Shown one piece after another: positions 62,048 to 64,000 of a DNA stretch of 64,000 nt (positions within the stretch are counted from its first letter, which is position 1; the number at the start of each line of letters is the position of its first letter). This stretch comes from Cercozoa sp. M6MM (lineage: Eukaryota; Protista; Endomyxa: Ascetosporea). The stretch is from NCBI GenBank assembly GCA_040357565.1, contig JBDODJ010000001.1; one strand, written 5' to 3'. Under the pieces are notes generated by a model. That model was given only the letters and a program-made list of their open reading frames with translations. It searched no databases and had not been told where the DNA came from. The position numbers and the translations under genes are program-made.

Positions 62048-64000
62048 TCAGAGGCACACCTGGTCGTTGTTGTGCGCGGCGAGTTGCACGTGCAGTCGCT
62101 GCAGGATCGACGAGCGGCGGTACATCCGTCTCTGCACATACCGCACACAACCTCAGAGGGACGGGGGGGGGGGGGGGGAAAAAAAGGGCTACCCTTTCGA
62201 GAAGGCACAACAACGTGCGGCGTGATCTTTCCCAACGGTACTGGCCCCACTTGTTCCCCGCTTTCTCCCCGTGGGGGGGGGGGGGAGATAAGGGGAGCAA
62301 GGGCAAAGGGGTAGGGGGCAAACCTTGTCCTCAACAGCGAGCGTGTCGGGAGCGGCTGACTTGGGCCGAGCACTGCCAGGTGCATCACGATCGGCCACAT
62401 CGTCATCATCATCGTCGGACGAGTCCGAGTCCGTGTCCGGCGGCGCCAGCAGATCCGCGTCCATCTCAGGCAGCATACCGACTACACAATGATACAAATG
62501 GACCACAATGGACCACAACATAGCGGTACAAATGGACTGCAGTACCTTCCTCCTTCATCTGAGCGACACCGGCGCCGCCAGACTGACCGACGGATTCCGC
62601 CGCTACGTTCGTCGCCGCTTGCGCTGCGTAGTCTGGGGGGGGGGGGGAAAAGGGGTAACGTGGGGGTAAGGTGGGGGGGTAAGGTAGGGGTAAAGCCTAC
62701 CGAACTCCACAATGGGCGCATCAGCACGCGCATCGTCAGAACGCAAATGTTGCTCGCGCTGTGCCAGCAACGCGCGCGGCTGCGGCTCCTCCTTCCGTAG
62801 GTCGCGCGGGTAGTCGCCCCATCGCACGTCTGCCCGGAAGTAATAAAGGGTAAAAGAGGGGTAAACAACAGTGTAAACAGGGGTAAACAGGGGTGTAAAC
62901 AGGGAGGGGTGTAAACAGGGAGGGGGGGGGGTAAACAGGGTGTAAACAGGGGGTAAACAGGGGGTAAAGCACCTTGCCGATTGCGCGCAGCACTGACGCA
63001 GTCGCCGTAGAGTGTTCGCAACAGTTTTCTTGCGCCTGCTTCCAGCGCGTTCACTGCACTCTCGCTCACTGCACACAGAGGGGTAGGGAGGTAAAAGGGG
63101 TAACGAGGGGCCGGGGGGTAAAGGTGCCAGCGCACGTGGCAGAGGAGTCTCGGCAGGAAGGGCAGGCGAGCCCAGTTGCTGCAAGGCACGTTGCCGCCGA
63201 CGCTGCCAGTGTCGTCGCACCTTGTGCTGCAACACCTGCGGTCGCAGTACTCGGTAGCCCCTATAAGTGTGTATACCTTATATACATACACTTTTGTATA
63301 CATCTACATACATACATAGATACATGCATATACATATATACATATACATATATACATATACTATCCTTTTATACATGTACATGTATACAGTACAAACATA
63401 CATACATATACACACATGTGTAGATGTGTATACGCCTGTGCCGCCTGATGCAGCGCCTCTCGCTGCACCTGCTCGATCTGCGCGCGTCTTCGAATCTCCT
63501 TCTGCAGTACTTCGTCGCCCTCTTGCCGTCGCTATGGGGGGGGGGGTAAGGGAAGGGTAAGAGGGGGCAGTAGGGAGAGGTGGTAAGAGGAGGTAAGAGG
63601 CGGGTAAAGAAGCGAAAAGGAACCACGCGACGCTCGCGCAGTTGCTGTAGTCGCTTCTCGCGCAGATCGTCGAGTGATCTCGCTTCCAGCCACTACAAAA
63701 AAACAACAGGTCCAAACTGGCTACAAACTGGCTCCAAGTACAGACAAACTGTACTGTACCTCAGATTCGGCTGCCTCGCGAAACAGCGGATCGGCGATGG
63801 CTGTGCAAACACACACAAAAAAAAACACACAGAATAAAAAGAAACAAGAAAAAGAAAGGTTCAGCAAAAACTGACCAGTCGGATCGAACGTGACGCGTTC
63901 TTCAGTTTTTCTCTTCTGCGGAAAGAGTGGAGAATCACCGAAACAAAGAGAGCCGAAGTGAAAGCAACTAAGGCACAGGTGAAAGGGTGGAAGGAGGTTA
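62048..64000 (-). CDS. TAF4-like TFIID subunit (histone-fold region), 5'-partial
   Basis: Spliced exons give FDPTAIADPLFREAAESEWL, VSESAVNALEAGARKLLRTLYGDCVSAARNR, AAQAATNVAAESVG and C-terminal RRMYRRSSILQRL. This is the order of blocks seen in TAF4 C-terminal domains, but similarity is weak. Confidence 0.45.

Noticed and set aside
62840-62970. Telomere or chromosome end
   Set aside because: The repeats are irregular, short and confined to introns of a gene that continues past the window.

Overview
Gene-dense eukaryotic (protist-like) nuclear DNA with many short spliceosomal introns (mostly about 45-70 nt, usually GTAC/GTAT/GTGC...YAG, often containing microsatellites) and three assembly gaps. 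Most entries in the ORF track are exon fragments or antisense noise, so I built the gene models by hand-splicing and exon boundaries are approximate. Recognisable genes: a large Furry/MOR2-PAG1-like helical scaffold ending in an RGS domain (5'-partial), SPEF2-like, kinesin-14, an Sfi1-repeat protein, an RPUSD1/RluA-type pseudouridine synthase with a long C-terminal extension, TIMELESS, an EEP (DNase I/APE-fold) nuclease fused to three C2H2 zinc fingers, C1D/Rrp47, URB1/Npa1, a secreted Cys-rich PTTAE mucin and a 5'-partial TAF4-like gene, plus several hypothetical genes. The most striking non-genic structure is a non-LTR retroposon family. One 2.47-kb copy lacks RT, has a 14-bp TSD, a (TAAC)n tail, a repeat-rich ORF and a decayed CCHC C-terminus. 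Short copies of its highly structured 3' end lie at 43.6-43.9 kb (each with its own TSD) and at 61.6-62.0 kb. All family assignments are from motif recognition by eye; no database search was run.
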